A stretch of DNA of 64,000 nucleotides from Eledone cirrhosa (GCA_964016885.1 OZ024742.1:365118001-365182000), one strand, 5' to 3'; shown: positions 1-15,318, counted from the stretch's first letter. Notes: generated from the sequence alone by a model not told the origin. Numbers and translations are program-made.

Positions 1-92
1 AGACTAAAATCCAAAGAGAGCTCGATAAGGATTTTCAGAAGATCCCGTTAAGGGTGAAAGCACCGATTCTTTGCTTGAACTTTAATCTGTTA

Positions 93-100
<8 letters not shown>
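1..100 (+). mobile_element. Short fold-back copy of the PLE 3' end also at 20285-21150 and 34465-35430, with CAGAAGA-core hammerhead (32-80)
   Basis: 33-100 matches 21004-21070 and 35359-35425; 1-32 is the reverse complement of the tail at ~21112-21143; ends in (TA)n. Confidence 0.7.
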
Positions 101-154
<54 letters not shown>

Positions 155-212
155 AATAATTATAATGAAATGACAGGAGGCTGGATTTGTGTAAATCCTT
201 GAAAGGTTTATT

Positions 213-270
213 ATACTATGATCATTTCAATGACCGGGTTCCGTATGAATCCGGTGATATCATCAGGTAT
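213..270 (-). ncRNA. Type I hammerhead ribozyme
   Basis: Minus strand: ATAC-CTGATGA-(ACCGGATTC/GAACCCGGT hairpin)-GAAA-TGATCA-TA|GTAT; palindromic stem III. Confidence 0.75.
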
Positions 271-2076
271 TCGAAATATAATACGTGAATGTAATAGATA
301 AAATCCATGGGGCTGAAAATCAAGGACTCGAGGGCGACCGCCATCCACCACCTTCTACCTTAGCCGGTCGCCCTCGAGTGACGTGGCTAAAGCTTACAGT
401 GTGCTACTACCGGTCAGATAAAGGAAAACAGAAAGGGATGGGAACATAAGTTAGCGTTAATATCATGCCACAAGAAAAAAGAAAGAAAGAAAGAAGAGAG
501 AAGAAGGAGGAAGGAAGAAAAGGAAGAAGAAGAGAAGCCAGGGTTAATGTCAGCTATAAGAAGAAAGACAGAAAGAAAGAGGAGGAAAGGTCGGTATTAC
601 AGTCAGGCCAGGATTGTCGCGAAGAAATATTTTTATACTAAGGGACCCGTATCTTAACAACTACTACCGGTCAAATATAGGCAAACAAAAAGAGGGAAGG
701 AAGATAAGTCTGCGGGAGGAAGACAGAAAGAAGGGCGAAGAGAAGGAAGAAAATGAAGAAGTAGAAAAGTCAGGGTTGATGGCTACAAGAAGAAAGATAG
801 AAAGAAGGAGGAAGAAAGGCGTAATTAATGTCAGACTACAGTCAGGCCAGAATGGCGCGAAAATATGTTCACGGGGACACGTATCTTAGCAGAGGTAAAT
901 ATAGTGGGGTTCAGTGTGTTATAATGTGTGAGCAGAAGATTGGGACGTTACGTTTTTGTTTAGACTTACAGGATGAAGTTAAAAATTAATAATTAATATC
1001 TAATATCAAAGAAATTAGAAAATTAAAAAGTTAAACAGTTTAACATTTTATGGTTGATATATCTAATAGTTCTGATTTGATCTGTAATTTAAAGGTACTA
1101 TGTGGCGGTTAAAAAACCAGCCGCGCGCCCGGCCCATGGAGCAAATCAAGCCACTCCGAGTAGTTTCATTTACCGAAAGAAGGGGGAATTTATTATACTC
1201 GGAGTGGCTTGATTCGCCCCAGGGGCCGGGCGCACGGCTGGTTTTTTAACCGCCACATAGTACCTTTAAATTACAGATCAAATCAGAACTATTAGATATA
1301 TCAACCTTAAAATGTTAAACTGTTTAACTTTAAATTTTCTAATTTCTTTGATATTAGATATTAATTATTAATTTTTAACTTCATCCTATAAGTCTAAACA
1401 AAAAAGTAACGTCCCAATCTTCTGCTCACACATTATAACACACTGACCCCCACTATATTTACCTCTGCTAAGATACGGGTCCCCGTGAACATATTTTCGC
1501 GCCATTCTGGCCTGACTGTAGTCTGACATTAATTACGCCTTTCTTCCTCCTTCTTTCTATCTTTCTTCTTGTAGCCATCAACCCTGACTTTTCTACTCCT
1601 TCATTTTCTTCCTTCTCTTCTCCCTTCTTTCTGTCTTCCTCCCGCAGACTTATCTTCCTTCCCCCTTTTTGTTTACCTATATTTGACCGGTAGAAGTTGT
1701 TAAGATACGGGTCCGAAAATTTCTTCGCGACAATCCTGGCCTCACTGTTATACCGACGTTTCCTCCTCTTTCATTCTGTCTTTCTTCTTATAGCTGACAT
1801 TAACCCTGGCTTCTCTTCTTCTTCCTTTTCTTCCTTCCTCCTTCTTCTCTCTTCTTTCTTTCTTTCTTTTTTCTTGTGGCACGATATTAACGCTAACTTA
1901 TGTTCCCATCCCTTTCTGTTTTCCTTTATTTGACCGGTAGTAGCACACTGTAAGCTTTAGCCACGTCACTCGAGGGCGACCGGCTAAGGTAGAAGGTGCT
2001 GGATAGCGGTCGCCCTCGGGTCCTTGATTTTCAGCCCCATGGATTTTATCTATTACATTCACGTATTATATTTCGA

Positions 2077-2134
2077 ATACCTGATGATATCACCGAATTC
2101 ATACGGAACCCGGTCATTGAAATGATCATAGTAT
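2077..2134 (+). ncRNA. Type I hammerhead ribozyme
   Basis: ATAC-CTGATGA-stem II-GAAA-TGATCA-TA|GTAT, followed at once by AATAAA. Confidence 0.75.
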
Positions 2135-2364
2135 AATAAAGCTTTCAAGGATTTACACAAATCCAGCCTCCTGTCATTTCATTATATTTAACTCCGTAAT
2201 AGCACCACCAACTACAAAAACAAAGACGGTTGAACTGCTTTACGTTGAGTACTCTCCATATTATTACATTGCGATTGACCATACAGAATTGACCAGCTCT
2301 AGCCAGTGGTGAACCAAAACCTGAATAAATGAATATATATATATTATATATATATATATATATA

Positions 2365-3000
2365 GACACTACGGCTTAATACGGGTTGTTTGTTTACAAA
2401 CACACCGAGCATTATAATAAATGTTCGGTGAATCCATACGTGCATATATATATGTGTGCATGTATGTATATATATATATACATACTACTGTACATCTGTA
2501 TACATATATGTATGTACGTGTACATACTTATATTTAAGTAACAGCCGTACTAAGAGTGGGAAATGAAATATCGTTTCATTTTTTCCGTTTATCGTTTTCG
2601 GTGCACCCGGCCGATTAACCCACTCGATATGCAAATTGGGCAACTCAGCCGTTAATATGCATAGGGTAATTATATACGTTCAACAATCTGGCAGGAAGGT
2701 ATACGTTGCTGACGATAGCTAACAAGCTTGAAACTAGTACAGCGTTCCTTTGTCAGTGTTGAACAAACGAGCAACGGTGGTTGCTAAACACTACGGCTTA
2801 ATACGGGATGGTTGTTTACAAACACACCGAGCATTATAATAAATGTTCGGTGAATCCATACGTGCATATATATATGTGTGCATGTATGTATATGTATATA
2901 TACATACTACTGTACGTCGGTATACATATATGTATGTACGTGTACATACTTATATTTAAGTAACTAAGAGTGGGAAATGAAATATCGTTTCATTTTTTCC

Positions 3001-3004
<4 letters not shown>
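2365..3004 (+). mobile_element. Partial tandem pLTR-like unit (~422-bp period) with a central hammerhead
   Basis: 2366-2612 is repeated at 2788-3004; flanked by (TA)n; HHR at 2703-2745. Confidence 0.75.
2703..2745 (+). ncRNA. Type I hammerhead ribozyme (minimal)
   Basis: ACGTTG-CTGACGA-T-AGCT-AACA-AGCT-T-GAAA-CTAG-TA|CAGCGT; 6-bp stem I, palindromic ACTAGT stem III. Confidence 0.9.
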
Positions 3005-3077
<73 letters not shown>

Positions 3078-3371
3078 ATACAATAACAGAGATAGTTTAA
3101 AGCTAAACTCTGACTGGTAACCATCTCACTCAACAAACATTAGGTTATATTAAAATATAAACCCAATTTAAGTGTTTGGGGTGCTAACAATATGTATAAT
3201 GTGGAAAAACCAGTATTATTTTATGAGATATAATTAAAGTTAAAGTATATCTCTCTTTCCAAACAATTGTTTCATTATAAGTTTTCTACAAGTTTGGGAG
3301 AATGTTTCCAGTTTATGTAGAAGCCTAATATATATTCATGTAAGAATATATTTATGTGGGCACTTATAAAT

Positions 3372-3373
<2 letters not shown>

Positions 3374-3422
<49 letters not shown>

Positions 3423-3632
3423 ATATATATATGTACATGTGTGTGTGTGTATTTGTATTGCGTGTATATGTATGTTTTTGTGTATGTGTGTATTTGTGTT
3501 TATATATATGTTTATGCATGTGTATGTATATGGGTATATATATGTGTGTGTATATATGTATATATGTATGTGTGTATGTCTGTGTGTGTATGTGTGTATA
3601 TATATATATGTGTGTATATATATATATATATG

Positions 3633-3677
<45 letters not shown>

Positions 3678-3778
3678 ATGTATGTATGTGTGTGTATGTG
3701 TATATATGTGTATGTAAGTATGTATGTATGTATGTGTATGTGTGTATATATGTGTATATATGTGTATATGTATGTATG

Positions 3779-3872
<94 letters not shown>
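3374..3872. repeat. (TA)n/(TG)n/(GA)n compound microsatellite; one of dozens (e.g. 5119-5635, 7190-7370, 19390-19540, 42885-43310)
   Basis: Dinucleotide runs; source of the YIYI/CVCV ORFs. Confidence 0.98.
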
Positions 3873-5224
<1,352 letters not shown>

Positions 5225-5265
5225 ATATATATATATGTATATACATGTGTATGTGTGTGTATGTG

Positions 5266-5296
<31 letters not shown>

Positions 5297-5839
5297 GCGT
5301 ATATATATATATGTATATATGCATACGTGTGTATGTGTGTATATGTGTATATATATGTGTCTATATGTATGTATGCGTATATGGATGTATATATGTATGT
5401 GTGTGTGTATGTGTATATATATATATATGTATATATGTATGTATGTATGTTTATATATGTTGTGTATATATATATATGTATGTGTATGTATATATATATA
5501 TATGTATATATGTTTATATGGTTCTATGTGTATATATATATGTATGTATTTGTGTATATATGTGTATATGTGTGTATATGTATATATATATATATATATA
5601 TATAGATATATAGATAGATAGATAGATAGATATATGATAAACTATATATATGTGTTTGCGTCTATATTATATCTGTATTATTTTTGACCGTTGGTCAGTC
5701 AATGGCAACATTGAGGACCGAATGAATTAGATTACCGATATAAAAGACACAGAAGCGAAAAGCGAAAACCAACCAAACAGTGAGTGTGTTCTGTTATTAA
5801 TTCTGGCAATATTACACAAATATGACCCTCCCCAAGTAT

Positions 5840-5918
<79 letters not shown>

Positions 5919-6497
5919 TTTTATTGATTCGTTTTGGTCTATTCTATTGACTGCTGAATAGCTTTATTTAACCACTCTGTCGAGAGCTTTATTCGATTTG
6001 TGATGTTTTGCATTTTCGCAATATTATACACAACTGAATTCATTCGCCTAATATAGGTGTTGCCTCCCTTGCTGAACCCCACGTGGGGTCAGTTACAGAC
6101 ACATTTATTTGAACTTTCGAACTGAATACCGTTGACAACGCGTACTCCCAGTTCAGTCATGATACTAGAAGCCTAACATCCTTTATGTAAGTGGACAGTA
6201 AATGACTTATGGAGCCGCAGAAACCCAAATACTGGACTTTACCATCTTTCCAGGGGCCCGGATAAGCTTTCAACCATTTATATTTTTATATATTTTTATA
6301 ACTGTATATATGTTTGACCCGAAATAGGCGATCGAATTTTCGCTGTGAGGATGATTAGTTTAACCACCACCTCAGTGTGTTTGGCCTTTAACGTAAGTTG
6401 TAGCTCTAATTCATATGAATTATCGAGCGCTTGCCACACAACTCGGAATTGATTCTCGTTAATTCCTGAGCTGAAATTCGATTCTCTCTAATTTTTA

Positions 6498-6571
<74 letters not shown>

Positions 6572-6689
6572 GGTGTATGTGGGTGCGCGCGAGTGTGTAA
6601 GTGAGTGTGTTTATGAATGTGTCTGTTGACTTTGGGAATATAGTTTAAGAGAAATTTGAAGATAATGGTATGATAGGCACTCAATATTT

Positions 6690-7370
<681 letters not shown>

Positions 7371-8004
7371 CAATATAGAATTACACAATAAAATAGACAA
7401 TGTTCTTAGCGTAAGCTGTCTGAATTAGAAAACAAAGCTTTTTAAAATGTTAAAGAAAAAAAACCATCACCAAGTAAATTGTTTCTATACAGAAGATAAA
7501 TATATTGAATATACGTAGAGAAGACAGTGTAAAACAGAACTGAAGGAAAGAGGAGAAAAAATAAACAATATATATTTAAGAAATTTAAAACTGATATGAA
7601 TAAAGATAAAAAAAATGAATATAAAAGAATGTTTAGAAAATCATAAAAAAATTAAAGATGTAAATTTACTTAAAAAAACAGTTCATTCGTATATATATGT
7701 ATCATACATATGTACTTTACAGATATTTATCTATATACATTTATGAGTGTATATTTGTATGTATGCATGTATGTATGTAGCTGTAAGAGTGAATGAGGTG
7801 AGGTGTAACTGTGTGTGTATGTGTGTGTGTGTGGAAAGACGAATTAGAAAACAAAATAAATTGATTCCAATATACGCTATTAAAGTAAATGTAGTATTTA
7901 CAACATTATGTTTTTATTCAGTCTACAGATTCCGCCATATTTGTTTCGGGTCTGTCATGCATTTACTATTGCTAGGAATGCCGCCTTTGCCTTCGCTGTT
8001 TTAG

Positions 8005-9402
8005 ATGTTGTTGGTGTTGATGTCATTACATCTCATTCCACCATTTTATGAAACGGCTATTTATAAATACTGGGTGGAAAAACATAGAGCAGTGATTCCC
8101 ACCAGATTCACAGCGCCATTTATATTAGACGCAGTCAAACTTATTCTGGAAAACAACACTTTCTTCTTCAATGGAAAGAATTACATCCACATTAGAGGCA
8201 CAGCGATGGGGACGAAGTTTTCTCCCGTTGACGCGAACTCTGTAATGGGATACTTAGAACAACAACTCTACCAAAAAATAGAGGAAAAGTATAGCACTGA
8301 CTTTAGAAAGTACATTGAAAAATCTTGGAAGAGATACCCTGACGACTGTTTCATCATCTGGACAGAATGTCTAGATACTCTGGATGAGTTCAATATCCTC
8401 CTGAATAACCTACACCCATCTCTCCAATTCACAAAAGAGATGAGTAGCACCAAATTACCATTCCTAAATATAATGGTAATCAAAAACGATATCACCATTA
8501 CCACGGATATATATTATAAACACACAGATACCCATCAATATCTGAATTTTAAGTCGTACCATCCACCTCATACAAAACGCAACATCCCATACTGCCTAGC
8601 CAGAAGAATGTGTACCATTGTAGAAGATACGAATACCAGGTACAAACGCCTAACAGAACTGAGGGAATTTTTGCTCAAACAAAAATACCCATCTCTACTT
8701 ATAGAAAATGGCATACAACGGGCTATAAACATACCTATACAACAACTTAGGACAACCCAAGGAAGAAGAAACCAAGAACTGGTCATACCATTTATAATGA
8801 CACAGAACCGATGTCACCAGAATATCTTCAACTCTGCCAAAGCAAACCTACCGATCAATGCTCAAAATAAGGAATTAAAAGGCTTAATCACAGACCGATG
8901 TTTGACTCTTAGTAAAAGACAGCCGAAAAATTTGAAGCAATTACTAACAAAAGCAAAGTTTTACCGTAACAACAAAGACCAATCATTCACTGTATCTAAA
9001 TGCAATGATAGTCGATGTGACACATGTCAATCCATAAACACCGGTCAATATATGAACACAAAAACTGGAAAAATATTCCCAAATACAAATATGAAATCCA
9101 AAAGCAGAAATCTAATTTACTGCATTAAATGCCCGAATTGTGAAGAACTATATGTCGGTCAAACTGGAAATGTACTATCGGAACGTGCACGGGTGCACCG
9201 ACAGCAAATCAGAGCCCCAAATGTCCATCAGATACCCCTGAGTAACCATCTAGCAACATATGGTCAGCGAATATTTATAATATTTCCATTCTACAAATTA
9301 CACAGCCCAAGTGAAATCAAGAGAAAAATCAAAGAAAAAAAATCATTTTTAAGAATAGCAAAACAATTGATGCTTTGGACAGGGTTAAACAGTAGTCGTT
9401 AG
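8005..9402 (+). pseudogene. Penelope-like element ORF, 5'-truncated: RT C-terminal half + GIY-YIG endonuclease
   Basis: GTAMGTKFSP, WKRYPDD (altered YxDD), LPFLN, DIYYKHTD, then NLIYCIKCPNCEELYVGQT...ERARVH; homology starts ~8060. Confidence 0.9.
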
Positions 9403-9589
9403 ACATGCTCAACCAACCGTGACGCCTAAACCAATCAGCTTTAATAATCCAGTGATACTACACACCGATTGGTCGAAATACAGTTTGCTAAATTAGCATC
9501 CTGTAGCCGCTTTGCACTGTATATAAGGCACCAAATTTACGCATCTTATTACAGTTGAAAATTGCAAACTTGACTGTCACCACAGAATA

Positions 9590-9628
9590 TGAACCTGAAG
9601 ATTGCGAAAGCATGAAAGTACTTGTTCA
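9590..9628 (+). ncRNA. Type I hammerhead ribozyme in the 3' pLTR of PLE 8005-9402
   Basis: TGAAC-CTGAAGA-T-TGC-GAAA-GCA-T-GAAA-GTAC-TT|GTTCA; palindromic AGTACT. Confidence 0.85.
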
Positions 9629-9790
9629 ATTAACGCTTAACATTTAATATTGTACCATACTATTTCATTCTAATACCATTATACATTTTAAAGAATTGTA
9701 AATAAAACGAGTAAATCAGACAAAGTTGGAATTCCTTTTATTAATATAATCTTGTATACACAATCATACACACCCGTGTATATTTATTTA

Positions 9791-9914
<124 letters not shown>

Positions 9915-9938
9915 TATATATAAGGGATAACAAAATAT

Positions 9939-9983
<45 letters not shown>

Positions 9984-10005
9984 TATATAAGGGATAACAA
10001 AATAT

Positions 10006-10023
<18 letters not shown>

Positions 10024-10046
<23 letters not shown>

Positions 10047-10480
10047 GAAAGATTGAAGAATAACATGGTCAGCTGTACAAAGAGAGTTTTATTTACAGTA
10101 TTAACAATTGTTTCATTGATCAGGTGAGTCTAAAGGCCGCTAATCAAACACCACGTGTAAATTATTTAATATTCCGATGATTTGATCAGGCAAATACTGT
10201 ATTTAAGATCGAGTGACACAAGTTCGTGTCATTGGTGGCCTTTAGACATAATCAATGAAATAATTGTTAATATTGTAAATAAAACACTTTTTGTACTGTT
10301 GACCATGTTATTCTTCAACTTTTCCCTATTATTACTCCAATATTAACCTGCCTAAGAGAACTCGCTGCCTAACTGTGAAACCTCTTGTTGAGTCAAACAG
10401 CGCCGTACGTTTAAACTATCCATAGTACAGAATACTCACAACCTCTAACTGGATTACCTATAACGATAACTTGTTATCCA
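10024..10480 (+). mobile_element. Fold-back pLTR fragment (arms ~10027-10140 / 10236-10324) with tail ending TTGTTATCC
   Basis: Reverse-complement arms containing the GAAA-YAATTG-TT HHR 3' half; related to 13285-13560. Confidence 0.65.
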
Positions 10481-10709
10481 ATATATATATATGGAATAAC
10501 ATATAATATTACATCGAGATGTACTGGATAGAACTGCTCAATCCGTATGGCCAATCTCGATGTAATATGATATGTTATCCCATATATATATTGGAAACAT
10601 CTTTGCAACATTCCCTGAGAGAGATATATAGGTAGGGGGATATCAAATTACCCTTTCCCTGTCAAAGTAAGAGCAAAGTGCTTTTCATATGAACCTGTTT
10701 TCTTTATCT

Positions 10710-10769
<60 letters not shown>

Positions 10770-10869
10770 AATATATATATATTAATATGAAAAAACAAAC
10801 AGTACCTTCGAAATATATAAAATAAAGCATATATTTGGTCATGTGAATATCTTCATTGTTAATATTTTG

Positions 10870-10940
<71 letters not shown>

Positions 10941-10944
<4 letters not shown>

Positions 10945-13230
10945 TTAGTTAAGCAAAACAAGACCACAAATTTCACAAGGAAGACATTATTAAAAGATTG
11001 TCAACATATTTTAGTTTGATGTAAGGAATGTAGAGAATAATAATAATAATATTAATAATAATAATGTCCGTTACCAAATGAGGAGATATTTATAAACCAT
11101 GCACAATATTATAATAAGGCTCTTTCTGAATCTGGTTATGAACAATTCATTAACTACATACCTAAATGCCATAACACAGCAATTCACCATAATAAACTTA
11201 ACACTAGAACTAGAAATACCTTAGCATATAGCCAGATTCGCCGGAATTTTAGCAGTAACAGCACCTATACAGGGAAGTTTAATGGTGGCAGCGGCCTGCT
11301 CCCCACTCCAAGTAACAAACTAAAAATCAACCCTAGACTAGGAATGAGAAATGGGATGACAAATAACAAATCCCCAGGTAATAATAACCCTAGGAAGGCC
11401 CCTACCAACTCCACTAGAACCCCTAGAAGGAATAGACCTAGAAATATGACCAGGCTTACCCCCCCCCCCACTCTCATCTAATCTAGCCACTAATATCCCT
11501 AAACGTTTCTTCTCTATCCTATTTAAACATTTCCCCCAACCATAGATATTACAAACTCTTTAATAAGAATAACATTAAAATCTCATTCTCCACAACACCT
11601 AACCTAGCTATCCACATCGCATTCAGTAACCATGATAAACTAAGACAGTATAACACCCACACCGCGGTACCACCACCCCTATCAAATACACCACGCCACT
11701 ACACCAATAATTACTCTAGTAGCACACCTCCCCCATCTAATCCTTCTAGCACTGACCAACCGCTTAGGTTAAACTACCCTACTCTCACTAACCGCAGAAA
11801 CAACTGCAACTGCCGTTACCCTAATGCATGTCCATTAAATGGACACTGCCTGACACCCAACATAGTCTATAGGTGCACGGTTAAAACTGCTTCGAATACC
11901 AGCTCTGATATCGGGTCTACCTCTAACCCTTTTAAGGTACGCTATAACGCACACTCTTTTTCCTTCCGAGACCCTAGCAACATATGTTCGACATCTTTAT
12001 CTAGGCTCATTAAAAACCTTAAATTAAGCAACATTGAACACTCACTAAAATGGGATATCGTAGCTAGGGCCCAACCGTTCAATGGACGAAGAAAATCGTG
12101 TGATCTCTGTATTACTGAAGCATATTACATAACTCTATCACGACCTCTACCGATTAACGATAGAACGGAGGTAACTATTAGCTGTCAACATCGAAGGGCT
12201 AATTCCTTCGCCAATAGAATATTTGACACAACATAGTCATCTAGCCCCATTTTTACTTGTAGCTAATAAGTTAAATAGCTATAACTAACTTAGATAATTA
12301 TAAGTTACATCCCCTACATTGTCTCTCAATTAAAAAATTTTAAAATTAGCACTTAACTATAAACTACCAACAATTTCTAATCTCTTGAGGAATTACTTCC
12401 CCTGAAACCACCCTCTAATTAGTAAGGTAAATATGTCCTTTGGCGGCCATCTTGTTACCCATAGGCAGATCTCACACAATGCAGCCTCGACAGATGAATA
12501 CTGCTTGATTATGGCTGACAACTGATACAACCAGGACACCATAGTGAAACACCAATATATGGAACACTACATTGTGTAACATTCTCTCCTTATTTTAATT
12601 TATATTCCTTTGAAGTTCCGATGAGCCGCTCTGTTTTTAAATATGTTAATTATTTTCAACTGAACCAGATCAATAATGATATATAGTCATCTGATCCAGA
12701 ATTATTATATGGAGTAGCGAAACAATTGTAAGCGGACATTATTATTATTAATATTATTAATAATAATATTAAGGGCGGTGGATTGGCAGTATCGGTAGAG
12801 GGTCGGACGCCATGCTTTCCAGCATAGTTACGTCCCTTTACGATCTGAGTTCAAATCCCGCCGAGGTTGACTTTGCCTTTCATCCTTAAGGGGTCGATAA
12901 AATAAAGTACCAGTAATGCACTGGATAATTTCTGGCCTTGTGCCTAAAGTAGAAACAATTATTATTAATATTATTATTATTATTATTCTCTACATTCCTT
13001 ACATCAAACTTAAATATGTTGACAATCTTTTAATAATGTCTTCCTTGTGAAATTTGTGGTCGTTTTTCTTAACTAATTAATATTTCCAGCTCTGCGCACC
13101 TAACTTCTGCATGAACCCAGCCACCTAGCTGCTTTCTATTGCATATTGCACATTGAGCACATGCCCTTACGTTTTGGCTTCTACCTAATTCATCAATCTC
13201 TCCTCTCCTATCTCCATCTCTCTCTTTAAG
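10941..13230 (+). mobile_element. Decayed Naiad-like PLE (RT thumb remnant + GIY-YIG, ~11080-12236) with an inverted copy of its 3' end at 10941-11075
   Basis: Manual translation: KLFNKNNIKISFSTTPNL, CNCRYPNACPLNGHCL..NIVYRC, KSCDLC; decayed HHR (CCGATGA...GAAA-CAATTG-TA) at 12615-12733. Confidence 0.8.
12772..12965 (+). mobile_element. tRNA-derived SINE inserted in the (ATT)n of the PLE arm
   Basis: A-box-like TGGCAGTATCGG, B box GAGTTCAAATCCC, core CTTTGCCTTTCATCC..GGGGTCGATAAAATAAAGTACCAG, (ATT)n tail. Confidence 0.85.
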
Positions 13231-13246
13231 ATTGGTTACTCTTGAA

Positions 13247-13286
<40 letters not shown>

Positions 13287-13398
13287 GATAACAAATTATT
13301 GTTATAGGTTGTCCACTTAGATGTAGTCCAGTTAGGGTACTCCGAGTAGTGGATAGTATATATAGAAGCCATGCCTGTGTATTCCCTTCATTCTCGCA

Positions 13399-13506
13399 TG
13401 CTCTGATGAACTGACTGGTTATAACAGAGTATTGGTTATCGATTGACGCAAAAATAGGCGGGTAGCGATCTCTAGACCTACCAGTTCAGAGAAACAATTG
13501 TCAGTA
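13399..13506 (+). ncRNA. Type I hammerhead ribozyme with long stem II insertion
   Basis: TGCT-CTGATGA-A-CTGACTGG...CCAGTTCAG-A-GAAA-CAATTG-TC|AGTA, then AATAAA. Confidence 0.75.
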
Positions 13507-13800
13507 ATGTGAATAAAGCTCTTATTGTATAGCAAACCATGTCACTCTTCTTTCTTGATTTATATATATATATATATATATTGGTTCACCACTGAATAGA
13601 ACTGGTCATTCCGTATGGTCAATATCGATGTAATATTATGTTATCCCATATATATAGAGAGAGTACTTTGCTCTTACTTTGGCAGGGAAATGGTAATTTG
13701 ATATCCTACTACCTATATTTCTCTCTCAGGGAATGTTGCAAAGATGTTCAGTAATTATGCTACTCCCATATACTTCCATCTATCATCGGATAATATATAC

Positions 13801-13889
<89 letters not shown>

Positions 13890-13984
13890 TCTCTCTCTCT
13901 CTTTCTATCTATTTACTGTATTCCGTTATCTCTTTACAGAAATGACAAAACTAACGTTGGAGTAATAATGAAAAAAGATTAATG

Positions 13985-14140
13985 TGAGGCATAATGGTTT
14001 TTGATTTTCGGGGGGAGTCGATTACATCGACCCCAGTGCGTTGCTGGTACTTTATTTTATCGAGACTGTAAGGATGAAAGGCGAAGCTAACTTTGACGGG
14101 ATGTGAAATCAGAAGGGCCGAAACTTTATGTCGCAAAGCA
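13985..14140 (-). mobile_element. Decayed tRNA-derived SINE
   Basis: Reverse complement of the same core: CTGGTACTTTATTTTATCGA...AAGGATGAAAGGCGAAG. Confidence 0.7.
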
Positions 14141-14257
14141 TACAATAATACAAAGAGAAAGATAATAAAGAGGAAGGAGATGAATGACAATATGGATAAA
14201 AACAACAACAACAGAGAAAATATTTCATCATATTTATACATAAGCAAATTATGTCAA

Positions 14258-14312
<55 letters not shown>

Positions 14313-14329
14313 TATAGTTAAAAGAATAG

Positions 14330-14623
14330 AGGTGTAACACACAAGTTATTATATATTGGTAAACGGAATAGAAAATGCTGACAAATTGTTCACGGTTGAA
14401 AAATGGTTTAATTAGGAATAAAAGAGTATTAGTGATTGTATGGGTTAGTATTCAGTTGTGGTTTTAAGTTTTTAAGTTTTTACCGGTTGCGCATTTCTAA
14501 ATGCTTTTCAAAAATAATTTTGAGATAGAGTGTCCGTGCTGTTTGCTCTAATACTCTTTTATTCCTAATTAAACCATTTTTCAACTGTGAACAATTTGTC
14601 AGCATTTTCTATTCCGTTTACCA

Positions 14624-14628
<5 letters not shown>
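14330..14628 (-). mobile_element. Fold-back module (arms 14353-14432 / 14548-14626) with decayed U3-A8 hammerhead
   Basis: Near-perfect 80-bp inverted arms; minus strand TTGAAAA-GCATTTAGAAATGC-GCAA-CCGG-TA at ~14478-14515. Confidence 0.65.
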
Positions 14629-14681
<53 letters not shown>

Positions 14682-14686
<5 letters not shown>

Positions 14687-15150
14687 CGAAACATAAGTCA
14701 ATTGCATGAACTCATAATCCTTTATTTACTGCTATATATATTTCGATGATAGCCATTGAATGGCTATGACCTCATCAGGCAGTTAGTCAGTTCTTAGATA
14801 TGCCAGATCTGTGTGTATAGTGTTGATGGTATCAGAGCCTTGGGACATATGAGCATGTTAGGAATACTTTGATGTTGTCTGCAGGAATGGTCTTGATTCT
14901 CATTGGTCAGTTTTTAGATGGTAGTAGGTTGGTATTTGACCTCAAAGAGGCAGGTGGTTCTGTGAGGTTCAAACCATCAGGCAAGATGACAATAGTTCCA
15001 CATGACTGATTTTCACAAAAGGCATTCTTGGTCAGATATATTTTCAAATAAGGATAATAGTATGAAATAGATACTACAGGACATTCTTAAATTGAGGAAT
15101 TTATGTGGAGTGGAGCTACTGAAAATCATGGTTAGAGTAGAAAGTTTACA
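14682..15150 (-). mobile_element. pLTR-like module, close copy of 60637-60938
   Basis: ~300 bp of high reverse-complement identity; both copies end in (TA)n at the same base. Confidence 0.85.
14728..14783 (-). ncRNA. Type I hammerhead ribozyme
   Basis: Minus strand: ACTGC-CTGATGA-GGTCATAGCCATTCAATGGCTATCATC-GAAA-TATATA-TA|GCAGT. Confidence 0.85.
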
Positions 15151-15151
15151 A

Positions 15152-15186
<35 letters not shown>

Positions 15187-15273
15187 AGTTTATCCCGGGT
15201 TCAATCGGAGGTAACCACAGTAAGTAAGGTACTCAATACAAAGCAGAGTATAAATATTTAATGTAGAAATGGG

Positions 15274-15318
15274 TTCTACAGGACTTGAACTGTTTCATTC
15301 GGGAGAAATCATCAGGAA
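15274..15318 (-). ncRNA. Type I hammerhead ribozyme (7057 family)
   Basis: Minus strand: TTC-CTGATGA-TTTCTCCCGAAT-GAAA-CAG..CTG-TA|GAA. Confidence 0.75.

Larger units (their letters stand above)
161..2335. mobile_element. ~2 kb non-coding fold-back element (arms 161-1162 / 1196-2186, unique tail 2187-2335), PLE pLTR-like
   Basis: Arms are highly similar reverse complements with a 33-nt spacer; one HHR per arm; (TA)n on both sides. Confidence 0.85.

Noticed and set aside
614-889. Charged 91-aa ORF and its antisense partner 1697-1933
   Set aside because: Purine-rich low-complexity sequence in the palindrome arms; no recognisable domain
12772-12865. tRNA gene
   Set aside because: A/B boxes are present but there is no full cloverleaf; continues into a SINE core and is multi-copy
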